From positions 32,001 through 96,000 of the IMG/VR virus record IMGVR_UViG_3300036791_000264: 64,000 nucleotides of DNA; one strand, given 5' to 3'. The translations under genes and the position numbers were made by a program. Source of the stretch: a virus. This document shows, one piece after another, positions 1 to 10,451 of this stretch. Position 1 is the stretch's first letter. The number at the start of each line of letters is the position of its first letter. The notes under the pieces are model-generated. The model saw nothing but the letters and a program-made list of their open reading frames with translations. It did not search any database and was not told the DNA's origin.

Positions 1-2
1 CC

Positions 3-917
3 TTTGGGGACGTGGTTTGCCTGGGGGCCAGTTACTGCCTCAAGGATCCTTTCGCTGGGGCCTGGGCACATGTACAGGCGTCGGGTCTCGTGCAGCAGAT
101 GGCGAATACGTATTTCCTAGCTTCGTTGATCGAGAACGACGACTACATCTGGCCGCAGTTATCGAACCCTGGTTCCTCGGCCTGGTCGTTCCTCATCCAG
201 CTTGCCAACAAGAACGGCTACAGCCTGGCGGTGAACCAGACGCTGCTGCGCTTCCTCTCCATCGACGCTGCCGTGCGCTGCTATGGGCCATCCATGCCCG
301 TGTTCAAGACTCGTAACACCGCGGCCAGTCTGGCTCAGCAGGGGATCTCGTCCTTTCAGGCCGTGACTGGCGAGACCTTCACCAGTCCGAAATCCAACAA
401 GGCCACCCGCACCATCGCTGGCCTCGACCTCAGCACAGGCAACATCGTCGGGGCTGTCAATACTGGCACAGAGACCATTCTGGGCCAGGACGTGGTCTAC
501 CCCTTCTTCACTCAGCAGGTCTCTGATCAGGTGGTCAACTCTCAGGGCACGGCTCAGAATGTGCTGATCGGCATGGCTGAGTACAACCGATTCAACTACC
601 GCGCTACGGCCACTCTCACTGGTATGACCACGGTCAAGCAGGGCACGCCCATCATTCTCAACGGGATTGATTCCAACAATGACGGGATGTGGTGGGTCAT
701 GGAGGTCATCCACAAGATCTCGTCGGTGGGTTACTCCATGGATGTCTGCCTGGGCCGTGGCTCTAAGGGTGACAGCGGCATGCGCCCTGTCCAACATCCA
801 TCTGTGGCCTTCTCGCCCATGAACCCCATGTCCTACGCCGTCAAGAACGCCCCGACCACCAAGCTAGTGAACAATCGCTGGCGCGCCTCCAACCATTTCA
901 ATGTCAACGTCAGTTAG
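3..917 (+). CDS. Baseplate hub / late-control D (gp27-like) tail protein, 5'-partial
   Basis: Frame is open to the window edge; C-terminal 'ATLTG...GTPIILNG...[12 protein letters not shown]' pattern typical of hub proteins; lies directly upstream of a gpV-like gene. Confidence 0.7.
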   Translation, partial: FGDVVCLGASYCLKDPFAGAWAHVQASGLVQQMANTYFLASLIENDDYIWPQLSNPGSSAWSFLIQLANKNGYSLAVNQTLLRFLSIDAAVRCYGPSMPVFKTRNTAASLAQQGISSFQAVTGETFTSPKSNKATRTIAGLDLSTGNIVGAVNTGTETILGQDVVYPFFTQQVSDQVVNSQGTAQNVLIGMAEYNRFNYRATATLTGMTTVKQGTPIILNGIDSNNDGMWWVMEVIHKISSVGYSMDVCLGRGSKGDSGMRPVQHPSVAFSPMNPMSYAVKNAPTTKLVNNRWRASNHFNVNVS

Positions 918-2670
918 CCCCACTACCGGTCAGCTTTACCCTGGCGTCTACCCCGCCAAGGTCTACGCCAACAACGACCCGCAGCACAAGAGCCGGATCC
1001 AGATGTACATCCCCCAGATCTACGGCACCACGCCGGTCAAGGTCTGGGCGCCCCCGGTCTCTCAGGCTGGCAGTGTGCCGGTGATCGGCAGCGTGGTGTG
1101 GTGCCTGTTCCAGGGTGGTGACCCCTCTTACCCCACCTACCTGCCCCAGACGTCGGGAGGAGGCCCAGCCGGTTCCACCGGTCCTACCGGTCCCGCGGGT
1201 CAGCCGGGTATTCAGGGACCAGCGGGGCCGGCAGGACCGACTGGGGCGACAGGAAACGTAGGCCCTGTTGGCCCCACAGGGCCTTCAGGAGGGCCTCCTG
1301 GACCCACAGGGCCAACAGGACCGATGGGTACCCCTGGTACAACAGGGCCTGCTTCCACGGTCCCTGGGCCTACCGGTCCTACTGGTGGGGTTGGGGCCAC
1401 TGGTCCCACTGGACCCTCAGGGCCGGCAGGAGGGCCAACGGGTCCGACAGGCCCTGCCGGTCCACCCGGACTGACCTTCATCTACAGGATCGTTTCTCCC
1501 ACCGTCGCAGGATCGCCCTACACCGTCGCGCACAACCTGAACACCAGCTACCCCCTGGTGGAGCTATGGGACGCCGTCAATGGGCAGATGCTGACGGCCA
1601 ACGTCACTGTGGTCAATGCCAACACCATCAATGTCATCTTCACTCAGAACGCCCCGCATGACGTCGAGGTAGTGGTGACAGGTGGGGCGACTGGGACTAC
1701 CGGCCCCACTGGTCCGACCGGACCCACCGGAGCAGCCTCCACTGTGCCTGGTCCCACAGGGCCTACCGGTTCTACTGGCCCCACTGGTGCGACAGGAACA
1801 GCCGTCACCATCAAAGGCTCGGTGCCCAACGCGGCCAGTCTCCCCACCACTGGCAATCAGCCAGGTGATGGGTGGATCACCGCTGATACCGGACACCTGT
1901 GGGTATGGGACGGGACCAAGTGGGTGGATGCTGGTTTGGTTCAGGGACCAGCCGGCGTCACTGGCCCAACAGGACCGACTGGCGCCACTGGCTCTACCGG
2001 AGCGGCCTCTACCGTGCCGGGTCCAACGGGTCCGACAGGAGCTACAGGAGCGGTCTCCACCACGCCTGGGCCGACTGGTGCCACTGGGCCGACTGGCGCC
2101 TCTGGGCCTACGGGCGCAGCCTCTACCGTGACTGGACCCACCGGTCCTACTGGTCCGAGTGGATCAACTGGTCCCGCTGGCACTGGTCTCGCGTACACAA
2201 CCACGCTCACCGCTCCCACGGTGGCCGGCTCCCCTTACACCGTCACTCACAACCTGGGCGCCTCATACCCGTTGGTTGAACTGTGGGACGCCGCCAATGG
2301 CTCGATGCTTCAGGCCGACATCACGGCGATAAATGCCAACAGCATCACGATCACCTTTCGTCAGAATGCCCCTCACAACGTCACTGTGGTGGTCACTGGC
2401 TCGACTACGGGGAGCGGCCCACCTGGACCCACCGGTCCTACAGGACCGACTGGTGCTGCCGGTTCAGCGGGCGGGGGCACCTTGACCTGGAGCCAGGCCA
2501 CGGCCAGCACCATCTGGACGATCCCTCACAACCTTGGCTACTACCCCAACGTGACGGCGGTGGACTCTGCTGGCACTGAGATCTTTCCTGGCAACGTCAA
2601 ATACACCAGTGCCACCACCGTTGAACTTGACTTCTCGGCTGCCGTGGGCGGCTCGGCGTATCTGAGTTAG
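901..2670 (+). CDS. Baseplate spike gpV/gp5 OB-fold domain fused to collagen-like (G-X-Y)n stalk
   Basis: N-terminus '[24 protein letters not shown]...[19 protein letters not shown]' is a gp5-OB/gpV motif; then long GPT/GAT repeats and 'HNL(G/N)..YP.V' modules. Confidence 0.85.
   Translation: MSTSVSPTTGQLYPGVYPAKVYANNDPQHKSRIQMYIPQIYGTTPVKVWAPPVSQAGSVPVIGSVVWCLFQGGDPSYPTYLPQTSGGGPAGSTGPTGPAGQPGIQGPAGPAGPTGATGNVGPVGPTGPSGGPPGPTGPTGPMGTPGTTGPASTVPGPTGPTGGVGATGPTGPSGPAGGPTGPTGPAGPPGLTFIYRIVSPTVAGSPYTVAHNLNTSYPLVELWDAVNGQMLTANVTVVNANTINVIFTQNAPHDVEVVVTGGATGTTGPTGPTGPTGAASTVPGPTGPTGSTGPTGATGTAVTIKGSVPNAASLPTTGNQPGDGWITADTGHLWVWDGTKWVDAGLVQGPAGVTGPTGPTGATGSTGAASTVPGPTGPTGATGAVSTTPGPTGATGPTGASGPTGAASTVTGPTGPTGPSGSTGPAGTGLAYTTTLTAPTVAGSPYTVTHNLGASYPLVELWDAANGSMLQADITAINANSITITFRQNAPHNVTVVVTGSTTGSGPPGPTGPTGPTGAAGSAGGGTLTWSQATASTIWTIPHNLGYYPNVTAVDSAGTEIFPGNVKYTSATTVELDFSAAVGGSAYLS
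1162..2460 (+). repeat. Collagen-like Gly-Pro-Thr triplet repeats in several blocks
   Basis: [10 protein letters not shown] arrays visible in the translation. Confidence 0.95.
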
Positions 2671-2679
2671 GAGCGAACC

Positions 2680-4086
2680 ATGCCCACCTTCTACGGTGCC
2701 GTCGACCTGATCAAGAACGAGCTTCGCAACGCTGTCGTTCAGAACCTGGGATCGGCCCCGGCCTCACCGTTGCCGGGGCAGCTTTACTACGACACCACAT
2801 CGAACACTCTGTTCTGGTGGAACGGCACGGCCTGGCAATCGGCCAAGAGCCTGGCGCTCTCGTCCACGGTCACTACCGCGGCTATTGGTGACGCACCCGT
2901 AGTCGGTGTTGCGAATACAGCTAGTGCAGGCGACCACAAGCACGGCATGCCGGCCTTCTCTACCACCGTCATCGCGGAGACAACGTACGGCCTGGGGTCA
3001 GGGGTCGGTAGCGCGGCCACGTTGCCTCACGGTGATCACACTCACGGCACGCCGGCATTGACCGCCAACGCCCCTGTGATCCAAGCCATTTCCGACGTGG
3101 CAACGGTGGGTGTTTCGACCTTCCCGGCGCGTGATGACCACCGGCATGGAATGCCGGCGTTTGGAGCGCCCACGGCTCAGGCCGCGTTCGGTCTGGCGAC
3201 GGCTACTGGTAGCGCGGTCACGGTCCCGCACTCTGACCACGCGCACGGCACTCCTGCTTTGCCCGCGGTGAACGCCCTGGCGACCACGTCGGGTGCGCTC
3301 AACATGAACTCGTTCCAGATCAATGCTCTGGCTGATCCCACCAACCCCCAGGACGCCGCCACCAAGAACTACGTCGACAATGCCATCGCCGGCTTGTCCT
3401 GGAAGGAAGCAGCGAGAGCCGCCACCACGGTCAACATCACCCTGTCGGGCACCCAGACCGTTGACGGCATCGCCCTGAACGTGGGTGACCGGGTGCTGGT
3501 CAAGAACCAGGCCACGGCATCGGCCAATGGCCTCTACCTCGTGGCCGCAGCGGCTTGGACCCGGACCACCGACGCTACAACCGGCGCACAACTCGCTGGC
3601 ATGGCGGTGTTCATCGAGCAGGGCACCACTAACGGCACCACGTCGTGGACCCTCTCCACACCGCCACCGATCACGGTCGGTACCACCAACCTGACCTACT
3701 CCCAGTTCGGGGCCAATAGCACCTACACGGCTGGCAATGGTCTGCAACTCACTGGCAACGTCTTCTCGGCCCTGAATGCTGACACCAGCATCACCGTGAC
3801 GGCGGGTGGGATCGCGGTCAACACCGCGGTCATCGCCACCCAGGCATACGTCAATACTGCTGTCACCGGGGTCACGAAGAAGTACGCCACCACCCTGGCG
3901 GGTACGGCCTCGCCTGAAACGATCACCCACAACCTGAACACGAGGGATATAGAGGTGGCTGTCATCAACGGCAACTCGCCATACGGCACAGTCCAGGTGG
4001 ACTGGCAAGCAGTCACGGTCAACACCGTCAGCATCATCTACAACCCGGCCCTGGGCGCCGGCTACCGAGTGGTGGTGATCGGATAA
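2680..4086 (+). CDS. Tail fibre / virion structural protein
   Basis: 'DH.HG(M/T)PA' repeats, 'DAATKNYVD', 'LSGTQTVDGIALNVGDRVLVKNQ...NGLY' fibre motifs. Confidence 0.8.
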   Translation: MPTFYGAVDLIKNELRNAVVQNLGSAPASPLPGQLYYDTTSNTLFWWNGTAWQSAKSLALSSTVTTAAIGDAPVVGVANTASAGDHKHGMPAFSTTVIAETTYGLGSGVGSAATLPHGDHTHGTPALTANAPVIQAISDVATVGVSTFPARDDHRHGMPAFGAPTAQAAFGLATATGSAVTVPHSDHAHGTPALPAVNALATTSGALNMNSFQINALADPTNPQDAATKNYVDNAIAGLSWKEAARAATTVNITLSGTQTVDGIALNVGDRVLVKNQATASANGLYLVAAAAWTRTTDATTGAQLAGMAVFIEQGTTNGTTSWTLSTPPPITVGTTNLTYSQFGANSTYTAGNGLQLTGNVFSALNADTSITVTAGGIAVNTAVIATQAYVNTAVTGVTKKYATTLAGTASPETITHNLNTRDIEVAVINGNSPYGTVQVDWQAVTVNTVSIIYNPALGAGYRVVVIG

Positions 4087-5259
4087 ATGCCTCGCACCTA
4101 TGGCACCACCAATATCGCCCCCTACGCGGCTGCCCCGGCGGTAGGCCCAGCCGGGGACACCTACTACAACACGGGCAACAAGGCCCTCTACATCTCGGAC
4201 GGTGCAGCCTGGAACCCCATCCAGGGTGGAGGGGGAGGAGCGCCCTATGCTCCGGTCACCGGTACCGCCCCGCCCCCCAGCACTCCCACCGTCACACCTC
4301 CCACTGGTCTGCTCTGGGTGGACACGTCCACCACGCCCTCCTGGACGCCGTCTGCCGGCCCTGGTGTCCCTCCTGGTGGCACCACCGGCCAGTACCTCCA
4401 GAAGAGGTCGAACACCGACTACGACACCCTGTGGTCAGGTGCTTCCCGCCTCATCTTCTACCAGACGCTCACGGCTCCCACCGCGGCCTCTTCGCCCTAC
4501 CCCGTCACCCACAACCTGGGCACGCAGTACGTCCAGGTGCAGTTGTGGGACGCGGTGACCGGTCTGCTGGTGGGCGCTCAGGTGCAGGTAGTCAACGTCA
4601 ACACCATTCAGATCGCCGTCGCCCAGAACATGCCCAACAATGTCAACGTGGTGGTCATAGGGGCGGCGAACCTCGCGCCTCCGGTGAACCCACCGGACAT
4701 CGCCAGCAAAAGCTATGTCGATGCGCGTACCCCTAACCTGCCGCCTTCGATCACGTCTGGGTCAGGAGTACAGAGCTTTACCGACGTGCTGGGCACCGTG
4801 TGGGTGGCTGCCAACGGTGTGAATGGTGGCGCTTGGAAACAAGCCAGGGATGTTCTGTATAGCAAGTGGTTCCGTAGTTCTGCTCTTACCATGGCAGCAG
4901 CAGGCGGTCTCGTACCACTTGATACATCGGTCAGAGACCAATACGCTCTCTATTTGTCCGCGAACTCAGGCTGGACTATCCCGGTTAGTGGTCTTTGGCA
5001 GTTCACATTCTCTCTGGGTGCTGTTTCTACTGCTGCTGGTCAAGCCTACAACTGTCGGCTGTACCAGAACAGTGGAGTTATAACCGTCTATACTTCACAA
5101 AGTGGACTAGCGGGAAACTTGTCTGCCATTTCTGTTCTTGAGCAGTTCTGTTCTGTTGGTGATCTTGTTCAGACTTATGCTGTTTCCGCTAACGCGCTTG
5201 CGGTCATAACTGGTCAGGTTTGGACTTATGGTGTTGCACAATACGTAGGGACGGGCTGA
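4087..5259 (+). CDS. Tail fibre with C-terminal C1q-like head
   Basis: 'VPPGGTTGQYLQKRSNTDYDTLW' fibre motif, THNLG module, shared junction, ends YVGTG. Confidence 0.75.
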   Translation: MPRTYGTTNIAPYAAAPAVGPAGDTYYNTGNKALYISDGAAWNPIQGGGGGAPYAPVTGTAPPPSTPTVTPPTGLLWVDTSTTPSWTPSAGPGVPPGGTTGQYLQKRSNTDYDTLWSGASRLIFYQTLTAPTAASSPYPVTHNLGTQYVQVQLWDAVTGLLVGAQVQVVNVNTIQIAVAQNMPNNVNVVVIGAANLAPPVNPPDIASKSYVDARTPNLPPSITSGSGVQSFTDVLGTVWVAANGVNGGAWKQARDVLYSKWFRSSALTMAAAGGLVPLDTSVRDQYALYLSANSGWTIPVSGLWQFTFSLGAVSTAAGQAYNCRLYQNSGVITVYTSQSGLAGNLSAISVLEQFCSVGDLVQTYAVSANALAVITGQVWTYGVAQYVGTG

Positions 5260-7142
5260 TGACAACACTGAGATATTACGATGGGGCTGCCTACCAGCCC
5301 TTGCCAGGAATGCCCGGTCCCACCGGTCCTATCGGCCCCGCGGGACCGACCGGGGCGCAGGGTCCAGTCGCGCCTGGAGTGACCCTGAACTATGTGGCTC
5401 AGGGCTGGGGGCCAGCATCTCCACCGTATACAGGGACGCAGCCGCTCACGGTGGTTGCCACTGGCTTGAAGGCCAGTCATAACTATCTGGTCACCGGCTA
5501 TGCCATCGCTCAGAACACCTCAGCCGCTGCTGCCACATGTAGAATATATGTTACGACCACTGCTGGTAATAATGTTGGTCCGAATGTAGGGGCCTGGATT
5601 ACTTATGAGGCCAACTTGGCAGCTAACCAAGTCCCTGCTACTGGTTATTCGCATGGTACTACCGGCAGTTTTATTTACACGCCTGCTGTTGACGGTGATG
5701 TCTCCTTCACCATCTATAGTTCCGGTACTGCGGGTGCCATGAGCTTTGGCCCTAACAACTGCGCCATCTTCGTTGCTGACCTGACGGGTACGCAGGGGCC
5801 GATAGGAGCGACAGGTCCGGTGGGGCCTGCGGGGCCTGCTGGTGGCGGCAGCATCATTGTCAGCGTGCGAGCCTATCGTAGTGCTGCTTTCACAACGTCG
5901 ACAACACTCACATCGTTCATCTTCGATACAGACAGTGGTACAAACTTTTGGGATACACAGAACGCCTTCAATAACGGGGTGTTCACCTGTCCCGTAGCTG
6001 GCAAGTATCGGGTTACTTGTTCGTATGTCATGGCTGTTGGTACTGGTTACTGGGTTGAAGCGGTCATCGCCAAGAACGGCGTACAATACGCTTGGAACTT
6101 TTCTGGTCCCTCTGGCGGTGCGAGTACATATACGACTGCTGCTGTGACAGATACGATGGATCTGGCTGTCGGTGACACTATTGGGACCATGATCCAGGCC
6201 AGCGGTGCCTTTGCTTTGCTGAATGATGCCAGAGGCACCTTCCTGACTATTGACTTGATTGGTGGGACGGGACCACAAGGAGCAACTGGCCCCACCGGGC
6301 CGGCGTATGCAGCAGGGCAGATGTACAGCCTGGTCTACTACCAGACCATTCCCGCCCCGAAGGTCGCCTCCAATCCGTACACGGTTACTCATAACCTGGG
6401 CACCACCTTCCCCATGGTGCAGCTATGGGATGCGCTCACGCTCCAGTTGGTGAACGCCCAGGTGCAGGTTGTTGACGCCAACCGTGTTCAGATCTCGGTG
6501 GCAGCAGACATGCCCAACCCGGTGAACGTGTCGATTATGGGTGTCGCGGCCTCGCCGGTCCCTATCAACCCTGGAGATCTCGCCACCAAGGCGTACGTGG
6601 ATGCCAAGACGGCGACGCTGCCGGCCCCAGTCACGTCGGGTACCACCATCCAGTCCTTCACCGACGTCCTGGGCGACGTGTGGGTAGCCAAGAACGGCGT
6701 GAATGGTGGAGCCTGGAAGCGAGCCAGAGATGTCGTCCACTGCGAGTACTACCGGGCTGCGGCCCATACGTTCCCGACTGCCTGGACAGCCTTTAGCTTT
6801 GACGGCCTGCTCTCCGATGCCTATGGATTGTATGTCGCGCCCCTCTTCACACCGCCAGTGGCTGGGTTGTACGACTTCACCATGGTTCTGACTGCCAACC
6901 CGACTGCTACCGGACAGCATGTAGATATTTCGCTGTACAACACCACGACCGCCGGCTACCTATTGGCACTCAATCAGCAATCGGCTCAGGCTAGCTGGGG
7001 GGTTGCTCCTATGCTGCACGCGAAAAGGGTGCTAGCTGCAACTGATGTTATTCAGACTCGCAACCTCGCCGCCGCAGCCTTGACAGGACAAACCGGGGGC
7101 TTGTCCACACTTCTTGCTATTGCCTATCTAGGGACGGGCTGA
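5259..7142 (+). CDS. Tail fibre with short collagen segments and C1q-like domains
   Basis: TGATG overlap start; 'FNNGVFTCPVAGKYRV' C1q signature; ends YLGTG. Confidence 0.8.
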   Translation: MTTLRYYDGAAYQPLPGMPGPTGPIGPAGPTGAQGPVAPGVTLNYVAQGWGPASPPYTGTQPLTVVATGLKASHNYLVTGYAIAQNTSAAAATCRIYVTTTAGNNVGPNVGAWITYEANLAANQVPATGYSHGTTGSFIYTPAVDGDVSFTIYSSGTAGAMSFGPNNCAIFVADLTGTQGPIGATGPVGPAGPAGGGSIIVSVRAYRSAAFTTSTTLTSFIFDTDSGTNFWDTQNAFNNGVFTCPVAGKYRVTCSYVMAVGTGYWVEAVIAKNGVQYAWNFSGPSGGASTYTTAAVTDTMDLAVGDTIGTMIQASGAFALLNDARGTFLTIDLIGGTGPQGATGPTGPAYAAGQMYSLVYYQTIPAPKVASNPYTVTHNLGTTFPMVQLWDALTLQLVNAQVQVVDANRVQISVAADMPNPVNVSIMGVAASPVPINPGDLATKAYVDAKTATLPAPVTSGTTIQSFTDVLGDVWVAKNGVNGGAWKRARDVVHCEYYRAAAHTFPTAWTAFSFDGLLSDAYGLYVAPLFTPPVAGLYDFTMVLTANPTATGQHVDISLYNTTTAGYLLALNQQSAQASWGVAPMLHAKRVLAATDVIQTRNLAAAALTGQTGGLSTLLAIAYLGTG

Positions 7143-7708
7143 TGTCAACCATTGAAATCCCAATCTATGTACCGACCATCCCGCTTCCCGCGCCTGTCAC
7201 CTCTGGCAGCGGTGTCCAGAGTTACACTGACCCCTACGGTGACGTGTGGGTGGCTCTCAACGGTGTGAATGGCGGGAACTGGAAACGGGCCAGGGACGTG
7301 TTGCAGGCAAAGGTCAGTAAGGGTGGTGCGTACACCACTTCAACATCGGCTACAGCGATTCCTTGGACTGCTGTGAGTTTCGACTCATACGGAATGTGGA
7401 ATGGGTCAGCTTCGTTCATTGCTCCGATTGCTGGCATTTATCAGGTAAAAGCTGCGGTCGGAATCAACTTTACCGCTGCGGGGCAGTGGAGTCTTCTTTA
7501 CATGACTCAAAGCAGCGTCGGAGGAAATGCTCAAGGATTCCAGACTCTTCTCAGTGGAACGGCAACGGCATCCCTCATTACTGAGGACTTACTACAATGC
7601 ACTGCTGGCGACATCATCACGGCGTTTCTCCAGACTTCTGCGGCCTTGGCCTTGTGGACGAACTCTGCCGCTAACCGGTTCCATCTCTCTTATCAAGGAA
7701 CAGGCTGA
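7142..7708 (+). CDS. Stand-alone C1q-like fibre head protein
   Basis: Shared junction plus 'FIAPIAGIYQV'; ends YQGTG. Confidence 0.75.
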   Translation: MSTIEIPIYVPTIPLPAPVTSGSGVQSYTDPYGDVWVALNGVNGGNWKRARDVLQAKVSKGGAYTTSTSATAIPWTAVSFDSYGMWNGSASFIAPIAGIYQVKAAVGINFTAAGQWSLLYMTQSSVGGNAQGFQTLLSGTATASLITEDLLQCTAGDIITAFLQTSAALALWTNSAANRFHLSYQGTG

Positions 7709-8271
7709 TGAGCATCCAAACCTACGCGGTTCTCGACAATCTGCCTGCGCCTCTAGCCGCTGGCGCACTCTTCCAGAGCTTTACTGATGTCACCGGTGAT
7801 GTGTGGGTGGCTCAGGGTGGTGTGTACGGGGGAGCCTGGAAGAGAGCCAGAGATGTACTGAAGGCACGGGCGTACCCCAACGCCAACGTGGCGATAACCA
7901 CTGCCGGGTGGGTGGTCATAGGTCTGACCAATATCTCGTTCGACAGCTATGGGCTGATGTCCTTGTCTAACAACCGCTTCATTTGCCCGATACCAGGAAT
8001 CTACCGTGTTCACGGCACTGTTGGTTACACGGCTGTGGTAGCCAGGTACATCGCCAGCCTTTACAAGAACGGTGTCGAAATGGGTCGTGGTAACGATCTT
8101 TACAACAGCACGGCTCAGATCATTAGCCTGGTCGTCAGTGACATGATGGTGTGTGCCGCCGGGGATTTCATTCAGCTATACGGTTACGCATCCGGTGCCA
8201 CCAGTACGTACTACGGCGGCGGCACGGCATCACTGACCTTCCTCAGTGTGGCTTACGATGGCACTGGCTAA
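7708..8271 (+). CDS. Stand-alone C1q-like fibre head protein
   Basis: Shared junction plus 'RFICPIPGIYRV'; ends YDGTG. Confidence 0.75.
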   Translation: MSIQTYAVLDNLPAPLAAGALFQSFTDVTGDVWVAQGGVYGGAWKRARDVLKARAYPNANVAITTAGWVVIGLTNISFDSYGLMSLSNNRFICPIPGIYRVHGTVGYTAVVARYIASLYKNGVEMGRGNDLYNSTAQIISLVVSDMMVCAAGDFIQLYGYASGATSTYYGGGTASLTFLSVAYDGTG

Positions 8272-8293
8272 GAGAGCATAATCAAGGAGGAAC

Positions 8294-8632
8294 ATGAGTT
8301 ACCTGACCTACTCCCTGTTGACTGAGGACGTGAACTTCGGCAGGCGATCTCGGGCCTGTATCATTGAGCAGAGCAATACCTTCCAGACTGACGCCAACCT
8401 GGCCGTCGCTGCTCTCGCCAAGGCTCTGTTGAAGGGTGAGCCGGCTCAGACCCAAGTCATGCTGCAAGGGATTGCGGCGGGACCACAGTTCGACACCCAG
8501 GTGGATCTGGGTGATGGCACCATCGACTCCACCAAGATCACTGACGAGGAGATCCTGGCTCAGACCCAGGCCATCTTCCCCACCGTGGCTGCTCTGTACT
8601 ACGACGACACCGGGGCACCCATCCCCGCCTAA
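8294..8632 (+). CDS. Hypothetical protein (possible fibre assembly chaperone)
   Basis: Strong SD AAGGAGG; follows the fibre cluster. Confidence 0.6.
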   Translation: MSYLTYSLLTEDVNFGRRSRACIIEQSNTFQTDANLAVAALAKALLKGEPAQTQVMLQGIAAGPQFDTQVDLGDGTIDSTKITDEEILAQTQAIFPTVAALYYDDTGAPIPA

Positions 8633-8641
8633 AATCCTGAC

Positions 8642-8983
8642 GTGATCGACGGCCCGCGCCCGGTGCGCCTGCAAAATAGCGGGGACATCTACCGAGAACT
8701 CGGCCCCAACTATTCCTCCCAGGAGCTACTGGTCACGGCTGCCCTGCGGACGGCCATGATCCCCGGTCAGGAGATCGTGGCTGAGGTACGCCCGCCCATC
8801 CCCTCCCTGGGCCACCCCTTCCCGCCCCGTTACGGGTACCCCGACTACCAGGAGCGCCAGGCTGACATCTCCCAGGTGCTGGACGTGAACCGGAGCTACC
8901 CCAACCGGCGTTGGGACTTGTCCGGAGGGGTCGCCGGCTGGCAGGGGGCAGCGCGTAACGTGGGTGTCGAGGACGTCTGGTAG
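8642..8983 (+). CDS. Hypothetical protein
   Basis: TAAAAT-6nt-GTG leaderless-type start; phage-like codon usage. Confidence 0.6.
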   Translation: MIDGPRPVRLQNSGDIYRELGPNYSSQELLVTAALRTAMIPGQEIVAEVRPPIPSLGHPFPPRYGYPDYQERQADISQVLDVNRSYPNRRWDLSGGVAGWQGAARNVGVEDVW

Positions 8984-8991
8984 GAGGAAGC

Positions 8992-9282
8992 ATGTCTGAT
9001 CTGTTCGGTGGTGGAGGACGAGGGGCGCCCGGTATCGAGGCTATTGGACCCATCATGGGCATCGCACCGTCACCGGGGGCTGGTCGGGGGCGTGTCCTGG
9101 GCCTCCCCCAGGCCCTCAGGTTCGCGGGTGACGTGGGTGGACCCTTGGCTGAGGCTGCCATCAACCGGAAGAAGGCACGCAAGAACTACAACGACGCCCC
9201 GGTGGATGACATCGACGGGCAGGCGGGTGGCAAGCTGGTGAATACCGGCGCTGGACCCATGGCGCCTGCCGCAGCGCCCTAG
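8992..9282 (+). CDS. Hypothetical protein
   Basis: SD AGGAGG; operon packing. Confidence 0.65.
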   Translation: MSDLFGGGGRGAPGIEAIGPIMGIAPSPGAGRGRVLGLPQALRFAGDVGGPLAEAAINRKKARKNYNDAPVDDIDGQAGGKLVNTGAGPMAPAAAP

Positions 9283-9290
9283 GAGGGCAC

Positions 9291-9602
9291 ATGTCTGAGA
9301 ACAGAGACCGCAGCATGAACGCCGAGTTGCTCGATGGCATGGTCGATGGCACCTACAAGCGGGTCATCCGCGACCGTTCCCTCTACCCGGACCCTGACCG
9401 CCGGCTTCAGCGGGCTGACCGGATCGCTCTCTTCCATGGCACGGGTGGCTATGGCGTAGCTGAGGCCCCGGAGAAGCGCACCCCGGATGGTCGCTACTCC
9501 CATGACCAGGGGTTTGTCCCGCCCCTGTTCCCGGAGGTGACCGTGCGGGCGGCGATGACGCCCGAAGCTCGTGCGGTGATTGCCAGCGAGAGGATGACCT
9601 AA
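9291..9602 (+). CDS. Hypothetical protein
   Basis: SD GGAGG; operon packing. Confidence 0.65.
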   Translation: MSENRDRSMNAELLDGMVDGTYKRVIRDRSLYPDPDRRLQRADRIALFHGTGGYGVAEAPEKRTPDGRYSHDQGFVPPLFPEVTVRAAMTPEARAVIASERMT

Positions 9603-9603
9603 G

Positions 9604-10155
9604 ACGCCTCGCCTCCTGGTATGCAGGGAGTGCAAGACCATCGAGGAACTCCCCCTCTACAACGGCCCTCCCCAGCTTGAGGCCCAGGATCCTCTCCTGG
9701 ACAACCTCGTGCGCCGGCACGTCCAGCTTCATGGTGACATCGGCCCGGACTCTGCGGCCCTCCTGGTGGCCTCGGAGGATCCCTGCCACTGCGGCGAGAA
9801 GACCACGGTGGACGTGAACGGCAGGATCCAGGCGAACCCCCTCAGGATCCGGACACAGCACACCTTCTGGGAGGGGCACAAGGACGACGTCCTGAAGGGC
9901 CTGGGTGAGCGCTGGACTGGGTTCCACCCGGAGTACTACGCCACCAAGGACACCTACAAAGAGGACGCCATGCGGTGCTACAACCTGCACCGCCGGCCCA
10001 AGGGCACCGACTGCATCGACTATCGGGATGACAACCGCAAGCTCACGGGGAAAAGCTGGCCCAAGGACAGGGCTGTCTACCTCTGTGATTTTTGCCCTGT
10101 GTCCAGCCAGGTGACCACGGCTATCCGCGCCGCGGCAGGGATGTACAAGAGATGA
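9604..10155 (+). CDS. Cys-rich hypothetical protein with probable non-canonical (ACG) start
   Basis: Frame is open from 9598 and encodes PRLLVCRECKTIEELP upstream of the first GTG (9709); C-terminal YLCDFCP. Confidence 0.6.
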   Translation, partial: TPRLLVCRECKTIEELPLYNGPPQLEAQDPLLDNLVRRHVQLHGDIGPDSAALLVASEDPCHCGEKTTVDVNGRIQANPLRIRTQHTFWEGHKDDVLKGLGERWTGFHPEYYATKDTYKEDAMRCYNLHRRPKGTDCIDYRDDNRKLTGKSWPKDRAVYLCDFCPVSSQVTTAIRAAAGMYKR

Positions 10156-10412
10156 GCGACGTCAACGGCTCGGAGCCACCGCCTCAGCAGGTACTCACCC
10201 TGTTCATGGTCGTGATCGACCTGGACGGCTCCTCCAGGGCCGTCTTAAACACCGAAGAGCGGTTTATAGCCCAGCGAATCGCCACCCCCAAGGACATCTA
10301 CCCGGCGGTGATGAACGTGGCCGCGGACTTCCAGGGCCTGAAGACAGCAGAGGCCATCGCCAGCTTCCAGTTCCAGATGGCACGCCAGGCTGCCGCCCAG
10401 CAGGAAGAGTGA
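10152..10412 (+). CDS. Hypothetical protein
   Basis: ATGA overlap with the upstream stop. Confidence 0.6.
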   Translation: MSDVNGSEPPPQQVLTLFMVVIDLDGSSRAVLNTEERFIAQRIATPKDIYPAVMNVAADFQGLKTAEAIASFQFQMARQAAAQQEE

Positions 10413-10451
10413 GGATCGTCTACAGAGGCCCCTGAAGGCCCCTGTGACCGC

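Noticed and set aside
1212-2219. Antisense collagen-like ORFs (GPV repeats)
   Set aside because: These are shadows of the GPT repeats on the opposite strand.
4738-8271. Diversity-generating retroelement or invertase shufflon acting on the fibre heads
   Set aside because: No reverse transcriptase or recombinase in the window, no near-identical TR/VR pair differing only at adenines, and all cassettes are co-oriented.
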